DNA from: Balanoglossus misakiensis
Taxonomy: Eukaryota > Animalia > Hemichordata
Assembly: GCA_040954595.2 (NCBI GenBank)
Contig: CM082579.2
Span: 15,352,550 to 15,416,549, forward strand
Reading direction: 5' to 3'
Length of the DNA: 64,000 nt
Shown here: piece by piece, positions 24,264-36,242 of the stretch
Position numbering within the stretch: the stretch's first letter is position 1
Layout of the letters: every line of letters starts with the position of its first letter
Notes under the pieces: model-generated
The model's input: only the letters and a program-made list of their open reading frames with translations
What the model was told of the DNA's origin: nothing
Databases searched by the model: none
Made by a program: the position numbers and the translations under genes

Positions 24264-26713
24264 ACCTATCTAACACACAACACACACTGTGTATATTTGT
24301 TGGGCATTTTGGTTTTCTACCACATATCTCAGTAGTTTCCATGCCATAGTGACTCTTCAGTTTTACATAATGATATCCAATATAACCCAATCTACTATTA
24401 ATGCGATTTTTTTTTTCATTTTGATTGTGGAAATGGTTAAAAATGAAAAACATCTGAATTTGTACTTTAATAAATATAAGCTATATAGTATTTTACAATG
24501 GTCATAAATTTATGTTAACATGGCAAAACATGTTTTAGTGTTTATGTATACTTGTTTAATATAGAGAAATAATTGTACAAATAAAATGACAACTTACTTT
24601 TGCTTTTAAAAATAATTAAAAATGGTAATGTTTCTTGAGATATACCAGGGTTTCTAGAATATAGAGGGCGCTGGCACGGGAACATTTGATGGTTGTCCCC
24701 AATACAACATTCTGGTATCATGTTTTATCATCTGTGGACATTTGGCAGCGATATCCAACAGGATGTGCATAAAATCCCGAGAAGGTCTTCTCGTTGTATT
24801 GCTTCTTGAGATATTGAAACTGTCTTGAATCCCAACGCGAATGTGATGGTGATGCGTATGTTGTTGCACGTAGTCACATCCGAAAACGAATCAAGTGCTC
24901 TTGTTGTTCAGCAGCTGAATATAGGTTAGTGGGATATGTGTATATTCTCGTGGTTATTTTTAATGAGTATAAATGACAGAATCGGTGGTTTGAACGTGTA
25001 AGAGTTGATGGTATTGGTTATGTAGTTGTGTTTTATCCAATGGTAGTGTGATTTTAATTGTGTATGAGGCGATGGCAGTTTTTATCAGGCTTTTTTTATT
25101 TTCGTGTCGAGCGACATCCAATATGGCGGTTGTCGTTATATACTGAAAGGGTTTCGTTTGTATGCATGTTTTGGCAAATTGTATATATGTTAAGATGGTG
25201 AAGTTTGCTTGAAGGAATAGAAACATCAGAGGCTGGGTACATCGGAGTTTCTATTTCATTCCATACAAGTTGAAATTAAGCTTATTTTTGGAGTGTATAC
25301 AGGTACATATGATTATTTAGAAACGGTTTTAGGCAAGTGAATCTGCTGAATTCGGGCGATCGGTCTTGTATCGTGTGTATGAAACGTACAAGCAGTGGTA
25401 GGATATTATTTTGGGATGTGTACTTCAATAGTTTCCATGTCTCTTATATGTATTTGTCAAAAAATAAACAGTAGTAAAAATGGATTGTATTTTCCATTAT
25501 TTTTTCTGTTAATATTGTATGTTTACATGACCAAAAGCCTTAAGGTTTTCATTGGAATTTATATCAGGGTAATCAATTTGTTTTTGATAATTATTTGCTT
25601 CAAATATGGAACAATCTGTGTGAGTACATAACAGAAACATTGCTAGATAATTTGACATTTGAATTGTTCGTAAGAATGTGAGGACAAGCATAGAATTGGC
25701 CAAATTATGCTGGTGACCACTCTGTTTAGTGTGTATGCTTTCTAGTCGTGACAGGCATGTTAAAAACATAGACAATGAAATCTGGTTGGAGCATGAAAAG
25801 TAGAGTTGACTTGTTAACATATTTTGATGCCATGAAACCATTTTGTGGACAGGACAATTTATGTGACCAAGAATTGATTTTCTGAATATCACAAGGTTGA
25901 TAGTGAATTCATTGTAATTTGTTGTCCTGTTTAAGTAGTGGGGTTATTGTAAAAAAATCATCATTCGCTATCTTGTACTTGGAGTGATGTCATCTCGACA
26001 TTGATACATTATGGCTATTGAGAGGTGCGTGTTATGCAGGCAAGTGTTTATCTTGATGTACTTGTTTAAATACACAATTATACTTAATGATTTAATTTAA
26101 AAGTTTTGTTTATTTTCTTGACAGTTTTGGCTACCAAAGAGTTCTCAAGGTGAGTGTTGGTGTACATCAGTGCAAAGTATCATGTACAAACTAAGAGATC
26201 AACACACTCAATTGTGTATTGTGTCGTGTACGAATTAGTTTCGTAAATCATTTGTAGATAACGTGTTTAGTTTTGTGGTAAGTGACACTGAGGTTTCAGA
26301 TCGGATAGGATGATTGTCCAGTGCCATGCATTGTGTGTTAACATGTGAAAGCACTAGCCTAATTTGTTTGAAATTTGGTATTCAGGGATGATGTAAGAAA
26401 AAATAATTTTAACAGTTCATAGAATCAGTGTTTATTAATACTTCAAAAAGGTATGTGACTTGAATGTGTGCAGTACATCATTGTGCTATGTGGTGTTAAC
26501 ACAATTGAATAGTGCCATTACTTACAGCAATCTTACAGCAATGGCTTCAGTAAAAATTTGAGTATGATTTGTGTGATTCCTGATACCCCTGTCTTGTCAT
26601 TTGTGATGTTTTACTGTGTACTTTTTGAAATAAAGAAACTGGTGTGTTAGTTGAATATGTCAGTGAGTGAATGTGCAATTGGACAGTGTGTTGGCAGTTA
26701 GTGGAGATAAAAA

Positions 26714-26786
26714 ATCCTCATGGTGTAATGGTTAACACACTTGTCACTTTGTGATAAGAGATCCAGGTTCGATAACTGGTGGGGAT
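26714..26786 (+). pseudogene. Second copy of the tRNA-like sequence
   Basis: ATCCTCATGGTGTAATGGTTAACACAC...CCAGGTTCGATAACTGGTGGGGAT; inverted duplicate of 20180-20252 including flanks. Confidence 0.65.
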
Positions 26787-26949
26787 GATGAAAAAAAGAG
26801 TCCATTAGCTGTGTGTTTGAGTATGAGTGTAATATATGTATGTACGTATTTATGCATGTATGTAGCCAGCAAACACACAAAACATATTGTGTATATTCAA
26901 TTCCATACAGTGTTTGATAATAAATATGTTGCTGTTTTACAATTTGGCA

Positions 26950-29900
26950 TTCACTGCTGATAATTAGGTTTCCATAGATACAAGCGGAATGCAATAGAAG
27001 AGGGATAACCATATACATGTATAGAAAAGGTAGGTTACCCCTTCCCCTATCATCCAAATACTACCACAGAGGGTGCTATACTATATGACCATCAACTGAG
27101 TATCATTCAAATACTCTGTGCACAGTGGGTAAATACGCATTTGTTTTTTTTAGGAGACTTTCATCAGTTGCAGTAAAATACAACGTGACTACACTATATA
27201 CACCAATGAGAATGGCCATGTAATTCAGAGAGTGCTTGATATTAAAACTGTATCATAGTTGTGGCCTTTACTGCTGATAATTAGTTTACCATAGATACAA
27301 GCCCAATGCAACAGGACAGGGATAAACATATGCAAAGACAAGATTAAACCCCACCTCCATAATCAAAATACTACCGCAGAGGGCGCTATACTATATGACC
27401 ATCAACTGAGTATCATTCAAATACTCTGTGCACAGTGGGTAAAGACACATTTGTTTTTTTAGGAGACTTTCATCAGTTGCAGTAAAATACAACATGACTA
27501 CACTATATACACCAATGAGAATGGCCGTGTAATTCAGAGAGTGCTTGATATTAAAACTGTTTCATAGTTGTGGCCTTTACTGCTGATAATAGGTTACCAT
27601 AGATACAAGCCCAATGCAACAGGACAGGGATAAACATATGCAAAGGCAAGATTAAACCCCACCTCTGTAATCAAAATAATAATAATAATAATAATTTATT
27701 TGTATAGTGTCAGTATCCACAAAAATGTGATCAATGACGCTTAAAGCAAAAGTACAATACAACAAATGGCTAAAAAACAGATTTAAAAAGTAAAGTTTTA
27801 ACATTTGATTTAAAAACAGATAAGTCTGGTGCCTGGCGAATGGTAAGTGGAAGATTATTCCAAAGAATTGGAGCAGCAACAGTAAAAGCACGATCACCAT
27901 AACTCTTGGTGCGTGATCGAACAAGGCAGAGTTTGAACTGATCAGCTGACCTTAAATTGCGACACGGAACATATAGATTAGTCATGCTAGAAAGATAGAT
28001 TGGACCAAGTTTATGAATGGATTTAAAAATGAGAACTAACATCTTAAAAACAATACGCTGTGTAACAGGTAGCCAGTGCAACTGATACAAAATTGGAGTG
28101 ATGTGACAGGTGATTTTTGAATGAGTAACAATTCTAGCAGCAATATTCTGAACGCGTTGGATACGGTTGATTGAATACTTCGGGAGCCCAAATAAAAGTG
28201 AATTACATGAATCAATTCGAGAAGTAATGAATGCATGAACTAATTGCTCTGTAGCAGAATGAGATAAATATTTGCGGATAAGCGCAATGCGACGTAAATG
28301 AAAAGTGGCAGAGCGGCAGATCTGTCCAATATGTGGCTTCATTGTCAGACAAGAGTCAAGGATCACACCAAGGCTCTTAGCCTGACAATGGACAGGAATC
28401 AGAGAATCGCCAACACGAATTTCTGAAATCCCTCTAGCAGACAGATCACCTGAAATACCAAAGAAAATAACAAATTCAGTCTTATCATCGTATAAGCACA
28501 AGAAGTTTTCAGACATCCAAAACCTAACATCGGATATACAAAGTTCAAGATTTGAAACAGTTCTTGCTGCGTTGTCTTTACTAAAAGACATATAAAGTGA
28601 AGAGTCATCTGCATAAAAACTATAAAGACAACCATGACTTTGAACTAATTCACCAAATGGAGATGGGTACATATTGAAAAGTATATGACCAAGAACTGAT
28701 CCCTGTGGTACCCCAGTGTCGAGCCGATAGAAAGGTGATTGGGTGGAATTTACAAGTACACACTGACTACGATTGGAAAGGTATGACTTAAACCACATGA
28801 GAACAGTATCTGAGAGACCAAAATACTACCACAGAGGGTGCTATACTATATGACCATCAACTGAGTATCATTCAAATACTCTGTGCACAGTGGGTAAACA
28901 CACATTTGGTTTTTTAGGAGACTTTCATCAGTTGTAGTAAAATACAACGTGACTACACTATATACACCAATGAGAATGGCCATGTAATTCAGAGAGTGCT
29001 TGATATTAAAACTGTATCATAGTTGTGGCCTTTACTGCTGATAATTAGGTTACCATAGATACAAACCCAATGCAACATGACAGGGATAAACATATGCAAA
29101 GACAAGATTAAACCCCACCTCCATAATCAAAATACTACCACAGAGGGCGCTATACTATATGACCATCAACTGAGTATCATTCAAATACTCTGTGCACAGT
29201 GGGTAAAGACTTATTTGTTTTTTTAGGAGACTTTCATCAGTTGCAGTAAAATATAACGTGACTACACTATATACACCAATGAGAATGGCCATGTAATTCA
29301 GAGAGTGCTTGATATTAAAACTGTTTCATAGTTGTGGCCTTTACTGCTGATAATTAGGTTACCATAGATACAAGCCCAATGCAACATGACAGGGATAAAC
29401 ATATGCAAAAACAAGATTAAACCCCACCTCCATAATCAAAATACTACCACAGAGGGCGCTATACTATATGACCATCAACTGAGTATCATTCAAATACTCT
29501 GTGCACAGTGGGTAAAGACACATTTGGTTTTTTAGGAGACTTTCATCAGTTGTAGTAAAATACAACGTGACTACACTATATACACCAATGAGAATGGCCA
29601 TGTAATTCAGAGAGTGCTTGATATTAAAACTGTTTCATAGTTGTGGCCTTTACTGCTGATAATTAGGTTACCATAGATACAAGCCCAATGCAACATGACA
29701 GGGATAAACATATGCAAAGACAAGATTTAACCCCACCTCCATAATCAAAATACTACCACAGAGGGCGCTATACTATATGACCATCAACTGAGTATCATTC
29801 AAATACTCTGTGCACAGTGGGTAAAGACACATTTGGTTTTTAGGAGACTTTCACCAGTTGCAGTAAAATACAACGTGACTACACTATATACACCAATGAG

Positions 29901-30690
29901 AATGGCCATGTAATTCAGAGAGTGCTTGATATTAAAACTGTTTCATAGTTGTGGCCTTTACTGCTGATAATTAGGTTACCATAGATACAAGCCCAATGCA
30001 ACATGACAGGGATAAACATATGCAAAGACAAGATTAAACCCCACCTCCATAATCAAAATACTACCACAGAGGGCGCTATACTATATGACCATCAACTGAG
30101 TATCATTCAAATACTCTGTGCACAGTGGGTAAAGACACATTTGGTTTTTTAGGAGACTTTCATCAGTTGTAGTAAAATACAACGTGACTACACTATATAC
30201 ACCAATGAGAATGGCCATGTAATTCAGAGAGTGCTTGATATTAAAACTGTTTCATAGTTGTGGCCTTTACTGCTGATAATTAGGTTACCATAGATACAAG
30301 CCCAATGCAACATGACAGGGATAAACATATGCAAAGACAAGATTAAACCCCACCTCCATAATCAAAATACTACCACAGAGGGCGCTATACTATATGACCA
30401 TCAACTGAGTATCATTCAAATACTCTGTGCACAGTGGGTAAAGACACATTTGGTTTTTAGGAGACTTTCACCAGTTGCAGTAAAATACAACCTGACTACA
30501 CTATATGCACCAATGAGAATGGCCGTGTAATTCAGAGTGCTTGTTATTAAAACTGTTTCAAAGCTGTGGCCTTTACTGCTGATAATTAGGTTACCATAGA
30601 TACAAGTGGAATGGAACCGGACAGGGATAAACATACAAAGGCTAGGTTAACCCCCCCCCCCCAATACTACCACAGATGGCGCTATACTGA
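26950..30690. repeat. Tandem array of ~309-bp units (~8 copies), interrupted by a LINE
   Basis: CTACC(A/G)CAGA recurs at 27061, 27371, 28826, 29135, 29444, 29753, 30061, 30370, 30667; central units nearly identical. Confidence 0.95.
27679..28818 (-). mobile_element. 5'-truncated non-LTR retrotransposon (L2/CR1 group); RT C-terminal ORF 27770-28798
   Basis: GVPQGSVLG, YADD, SRIDSCNSLL and LHWLP motifs; (TTA)n 3' tail; CAAAATA duplicated at 27672-27678 and 28819-28825. Confidence 0.93.
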
Positions 30691-31094
30691 TCATCAAGTC
30701 TGTACCATTGAAATAAATCTGTGCAGATTGGGTAAATTAGGCATTTGGTTCTTCAGATTTTCATAAGTTGCACTAAAATGCTATGTGGCCCACTACAAGG
30801 ACAAATAAGTCAAAAATGGCAAATTTGACGTTTACTTTGAGGTTGGCATGGGGCAAACGAGACAATACAAGAACACTGAAACTCAATTAGTGAAACACTA
30901 AAGTTGTACTTTATTTCTCTAACAAACTTAGAGAAAATTTACATGGCCATCTTTTTACTCAGAGACCTGATGTTGAATAGAAATGTGGTAGTGCAGGTCC
31001 ACATGAGTGCCGTGTACTAGCCTCTCTCTCTGCAAATCCATCCACAACTAGCATGCAGATAGTGGGAGTCTGATGTAAGCAACTACTGCAGTTA

Positions 31095-32081
31095 CAGTCA
31101 GGACGTAAGTGGGATAATTAAACAGCAGGGGATCATGCAATGCAAACACTTGAACTGGCCAGTAACGTTTGAATTGCTCATTTGCATACAGTTTTTCAAC
31201 TTTTTTCACAACGAAAGTTAAGCAACTAGCAACCCATTTCTGACAATTATTTCACCCCAGGCACATTACTGGTACTATGAGTGTACTACATGTGATTTTT
31301 CATGAAGTTTTATCGAGAAGAATTTCTTTACTTCCACTGACAAAATTGTGATCACGAAATTCAAAGTGACCTTGAAGTTACAAAAAAAAAATATCAGCCA
31401 TACCCACACAAAAATTAACCCCCTCAGGTTTTAGAAACATTATTAAACTCCTCTATTCATAATTTTGACATGAATATATCCATGCCGAGAGTCAAGGACC
31501 ACAATTTACTGTGCCATAGGTCAGTCCTGAGAAGTCAGTCAGCGTGAATAGTGTATAGACTCCGTATGTAATATGCTAATGAGAGATAACGACGCGTTGA
31601 AAAGGAAGCCATTACGTCATGGGTTAACATGCGTTGACCTACTTCAATGCATACACATATGGCAAACACGGCTGTACTCGTCGATGGCGAAGGCAATTTT
31701 TACACCGTCATTACCCCACAACGGAGCGGCTCACACTATTATAATTTCACTGTAACTTAGTTCAATATCTTCCTAACCTACCCAATTTTTTTCAAGACAA
31801 GAAATCTTTGCCGAGAGTCAAGGACCACAATTTAAACCAACATACCGAAACTGTCTTTCTCGGGAAAGCGTCGTTAAAACTTCACGAAAAATCATCCTAT
31901 CATTGACTATGGTGTTTCATACACGTCTTAGAAAAAACGGGTGCACTACGATCACTTGTAGTACCGAAAATCTCCGTTTGAACATTTTTCGAACTGGCCG
32001 TAACTGCCACTCAGCGACTTTCACATTCAAATAGATCTCTTTGATCTCACCGCCGTAATTACCCCACTTACGTCCTGACTG
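31095..32081. mobile_element. Non-autonomous DNA transposon, ~26-bp TIRs, 4-bp TSD (GTTA); superfamily uncertain
   Basis: GTTA|CAGTCAGGACGTAAGTGGGATAATTA ... TAATTACCCCACTTACGTCCTGACTG|GTTA; empty site ACTGCAGTTAATACTT at ~18665. Confidence 0.85.
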
Positions 32082-32089
32082 GTTAATAC

Positions 32090-32970
32090 TTAGAAAGTGT
32101 ATTACCTCCAACACCCCATGGACGGTATCATGTCATCACCAGTAGCTATAGGTTCTTTTAACACCTTGAGAGAAAAAAATGGATTGTTACTGATAGATTA
32201 CAAAGCACTGACAATACAAGAGGGGGAGGGGTAAGGTTTGTTGAGAGCAGTTGTTTTTTGCTAAACATTAGTGAAAATATGAAATTATTGACATGTAGGA
32301 TTTCAATTTTATGATGTAAGAGTATTTTATAATATCTCACCGGGACTTCAGTTGTCGCTGTAGTATTTAACCCAAGTTTAACTGTGCCACCCACGTCCAT
32401 GCATGGCAAGGTTTTCTCTCCCAAAAGTTTCAGTTTGGTATCCCAGTTACCATCAGTTGCACTTACTCCACGCCTTCTAAGTTGAATGCGATTTACCATC
32501 ACAGGATTCATACTGTGGTGCAAAGACAATTAAAAACATCGATTGTAAGTCATTTAGTAGTGATACCATTGTAACCAAACCTCGTTTTAAAATACATGTA
32601 ATCTGTACTCGAAACTATCATTTTTTTCTTTCTAGAATATTAGAACGCGCTCAAAAATAAAAATGCGACCTGTAAGCGAGTGCCGCGTTTCAATTGGTAC
32701 TGACGATAAACACCGCCACTCGGAGATAAAATCAACGTTTTTTTTTTTTTAATGCAAGTGAACGCATGGAGGCGGCCATATTGAATTTAGGTTACATCCC
32801 AAGACATTCCGACTGGTCTTCAGGTGGATTCGGGAAAGGTCTCTAAAACATAATCGGTCATCCAATTTTGTATACTAAATTTCTAAAAATGTAGGACATG
32901 GGAGGTTAACATACCCACAATGACTACACACAAAAAAGGGCCCAGGCGTTTCGGGGTGCGATTGTTACGT
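32090..32970 (-). pseudogene. Copy A' of the tandem OB-fold gene (intron, OB2 exon 32341-32512, degenerate next exon ~32090-32167)
   Basis: Inverted duplicate of 17577-18140; ends ...TVKLGLNTTATTEVP|GTGAGA with intact donor; next exon starts AAG|GTGTTAAAAGAACC (VLKEP). Confidence 0.75.
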
Positions 32971-33805
32971 ACCTTAGCTCCATCATCTGCAACCATGCAG
33001 CCAAGGCGTGGCAGTGAAATTGTGCCTCATTGAGGATACAGTCTAGATCCGGAATTCAGCCAACGGCAAACTGTTTAGCGTGCCTTGTATGCAGCAGGAT
33101 GGCAACGTTCTGGAACTTAAATTCTGGAAAGAAAATCCGAAATAGCTGAACAGATAACAGAAGAGAGAATACATACAGCTCCGCAACTTTTCCACTGGAA
33201 GATATAACACCATTTGCCTCTATGATAGAGCAAAGGTATGTTATAATCGCACCCCGAAACTTATGGGCCTTTTTTTTGACGTAGTCATTTCGGGTATCTT
33301 AACCTCCCATCTTCTACATTTTTAGAAATTTACTCTACAAAATTGAATGACCCATTACATTTTAGAGACCTTTCCCGAATTCAACCGAAGCCTAATCGGA
33401 AGGTCTTCGGATGTAATCCAATATGGCAGCCTCCATGCGATCACGTACATTGAAAATCCATTGATTTCATCGCCGATTACCGATGTTTATCGTCAATACC
33501 GATTCAAACGCGGCACTCGTTTACAAGTCGCATTTATTTTTGATCGCGTTCCAATATTTTAAACAAACTAGATTACTGATAAAAATGCTCAAAATTTTTC
33601 CTCCAAATGCCACCTTTACGGATTCAGTCACACAACTTACAGACTACGCCAAACTTTTTTCCAGATCATACCTTGCGGGCGTAAAGCGATGGATATACCT
33701 GAAAAATTGGTAACAGAATTGTATCATCCGCCAAAAATAATGATATCAGAAGTCGAGATATCTCCACAGAAGAAGAGGGTGTGCGTTGTAGGAAAAGTCC
33801 ATGAT
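32971..33805 (+). pseudogene. Copy B of the tandem OB-fold gene: damaged OB1 exon (~32971-33235) and intact linker exon 33665-33805
   Basis: OB1 exon has stops and small insertions. CCAG|ATCATACC...CATGAT|GTGAGT is 141 nt, phase 0/0: IIPCGRKAMDIPEKLVTELYHPPKIMISEVEISPQKKRVCVVGKVHD. Confidence 0.8.
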
Positions 33806-34930
33806 GTGAGTACTGTCAAATGTTGCACAAATAGCCGTTAAACCTGAAATATAGATTGAAAGTGGATATTGTTTTACACAATTTTTGAACATTGAAGTAA
33901 AGTATTAGAATGATGGAATCCGATAAAAAAAGTGAGTTGGTAATTTCGGCATCCGACTTCGTTATTAAAAATGGAAAGGTTTGCGATTCGGTTCAAGTAG
34001 TATTTGCAAGTTTGAAAGGAAATATTTCATTGAAGTACAGTGGCAACTACTGCATTATTGAGAATCTTTGAAATGTTGATGAACGGAGACTTATAATAGA
34101 ATAAATGAAAACCTACCTTTAACGGTGTTAGGGTTACTACACCTGACAGACCGCTGGTCTGCGTCCGACCGATTCTGAGCTCCTAGCTCTTGTGGAGACA
34201 TGCGGAGGTACAGCGGGTTAACGGTTAGGAAGTGTTGATGAAAGGAATGATTAATTACATAGGCCAATCAGGATCCTGGAGTTAGATATTCGAGTGAAAT
34301 GGTGGAAAAACGGGAATGCCGATTGGTTCAATTTAACCGGAGGGAAATTGCTACATTATATGACGTCAGTTGCGAACGATAATGCATATATTAAGCTAAG
34401 GTTGAATCCGGTTTTTCCATCAAGCACAAGCATATTTCAGTCATAAAAAAAACGAAGAGAATAACACTAAAAAAATATTTCCTTTTTAAAAACTTCACTA
34501 TAGCATTATTATAATGATGTACGTCGTACATAAAATGATACACGTGACATCGACTTGTTCAGAGTTTTAAAACAGGTAGAGAGTGCCCATGGGTAACCCG
34601 AAAACACACAAACCGGGTAAAAAATGAAAGTCCTGCGAAGGCCAGGAGTATACACTGAAAAATTACAATAAATCTAGTACAAAAGTTTGTATTCTCACGA
34701 ATAATTAACTCTGATTGCATAAGTTTATTTCCGTCTCATTACCTTCTGAAAGCAAATCACTCACTTGCCGGTAAAAGTTGAGTAAAATACTACATCTAAA
34801 CTGCATAGCGATGGCGGCCCATAAAAATAATTGCCCAGTGTCCCACTCGCAATGCACAACTTTTTAGGCCAAGTGCTAATGATATTCGAATTTTCGAAGG
34901 TTACGCAATATACACATACATGTATAAATA

Positions 34931-35263
34931 TTAATTTATGAACAATTTCCAGTGTTCACGCTGGGATTTCTTTCGTTCTAGTTTACTCGTTATATAATGT
35001 ACCAATTCCCTCCGGTAAGTTGAGCCGATTCCCATCACTTTGAGCCAATCGATATTCATGGTTTTTCAGCATTTCAGTCGACTATATTTACACCTGTTGC
35101 ATGTCTTTGCAGTTTTTGACTTGACGCTTACAACCGAGTCGCACCGCACGCAGTACTTTGTTGTTGTCTTCATGTTTAGTTGTTGTTTTGCGCACACTAT
35201 TTGCACAAAAATATCTGCTCGTTTTGTTATCAACGATCGAGTATATGTTAGGAAGTCCGACAT
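34931..35263 (-). pseudogene. Small C4 zinc-ribbon ORF (110 codons, one in-frame TGA at 35066-35068)
   Basis: YCVRC-x13-CNRC; the frame stays open for 44 codons after the TGA; TATAAATA at 35367-35374 (- strand) and three CCAAT boxes at ~35409-35460 upstream. Confidence 0.45.
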
Positions 35264-36242
35264 AGAGAACTTTGTTCTAAATATTCAATGCCCCACAAAT
35301 GATATACTACACTGCTCGACACAACACACCCCAGCCATACTCCATTAGTACACGCCACAAACACCGTATTTATACAGCCTGAGGGATTTCAGCTTCGAAC
35401 TTATTGCCCAATCATATTCGACTATTTCCAACCAATCCCCTTCTGACTAATTGACCAATCACACGCTTCGAGCATAATTTCCAAAAAAGGCAAAACTAAC
35501 GAATTTGCTACATCTTTCCGGTTTCATCTTCAACAGTTTCTAACATTTTTTTGGACCCCCTCCCCCTCGATAAACACCCATACTCAAAGGGTAACTTCAT
35601 TTAATTGTCAGTAAATAAAATCAATTCACAGTCTTATTACATGTACTATTTATAATATACTCAAATTTCCACTACAAAATATCTGTATATGTGCGTTAAA
35701 TTCTGAAATCTTTCCACCCAAACCTCTAGTTATGCAAATTTAAATTGCTGTCTGTTGCGTTCGCCTACGGTTTCTCGAGCTCATTTTCGGACATTCGAAT
35801 CTAACTCCTGATTGGCCTATAAACTTATTTCTTTCATCAACACTTTCTAACCGTTAACCCGCTGTACCTCCGCATGTCTCCACAAGAGCTAGGAGCTCAG
35901 AATCGGATGAACGAGACAAGCGGTCTCTCACGTTTAGTAACCGTAACACCGTTAAAGGTAGGTTTTCATTGATTCTAATAAGTCTCCGTTCATCAACATT
36001 TCAAAAATTCTCCATAACCCAGTAGTTGCCACTGTGCTTCAATGAAATATTTCCTTTCAAACTTGCAAATGGTAACCGAATCTCAAATCGCAAATCTTTC
36101 CATTTTTAATAACGAAGTCGGATGCCGCAATCACCAACTCACTTTTTTATCGGACTCCATCATTCTAATACTTTACTTCAATGTTCAAAAATTGTGTAAA
36201 ACAATATCCACTCTCAATCTATTTTTCAGGTTTAACGGCGTT

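Noticed and set aside
19839-24453. MYVC/HTYI repeat ORFs
   Set aside because: Translations of TACA/TATG microsatellites.
26950-30690. 309-bp array as CRISPR or as an RNA gene cluster
   Set aside because: Whole-unit repeats with no recognisable 5S, tRNA or snRNA sequence.
35066-35068. Selenocysteine recoding of the TGA in the zinc-ribbon ORF
   Set aside because: No SECIS recognised; the related segment at ~34300 has TGG at this position, so a nonsense mutation is simpler.
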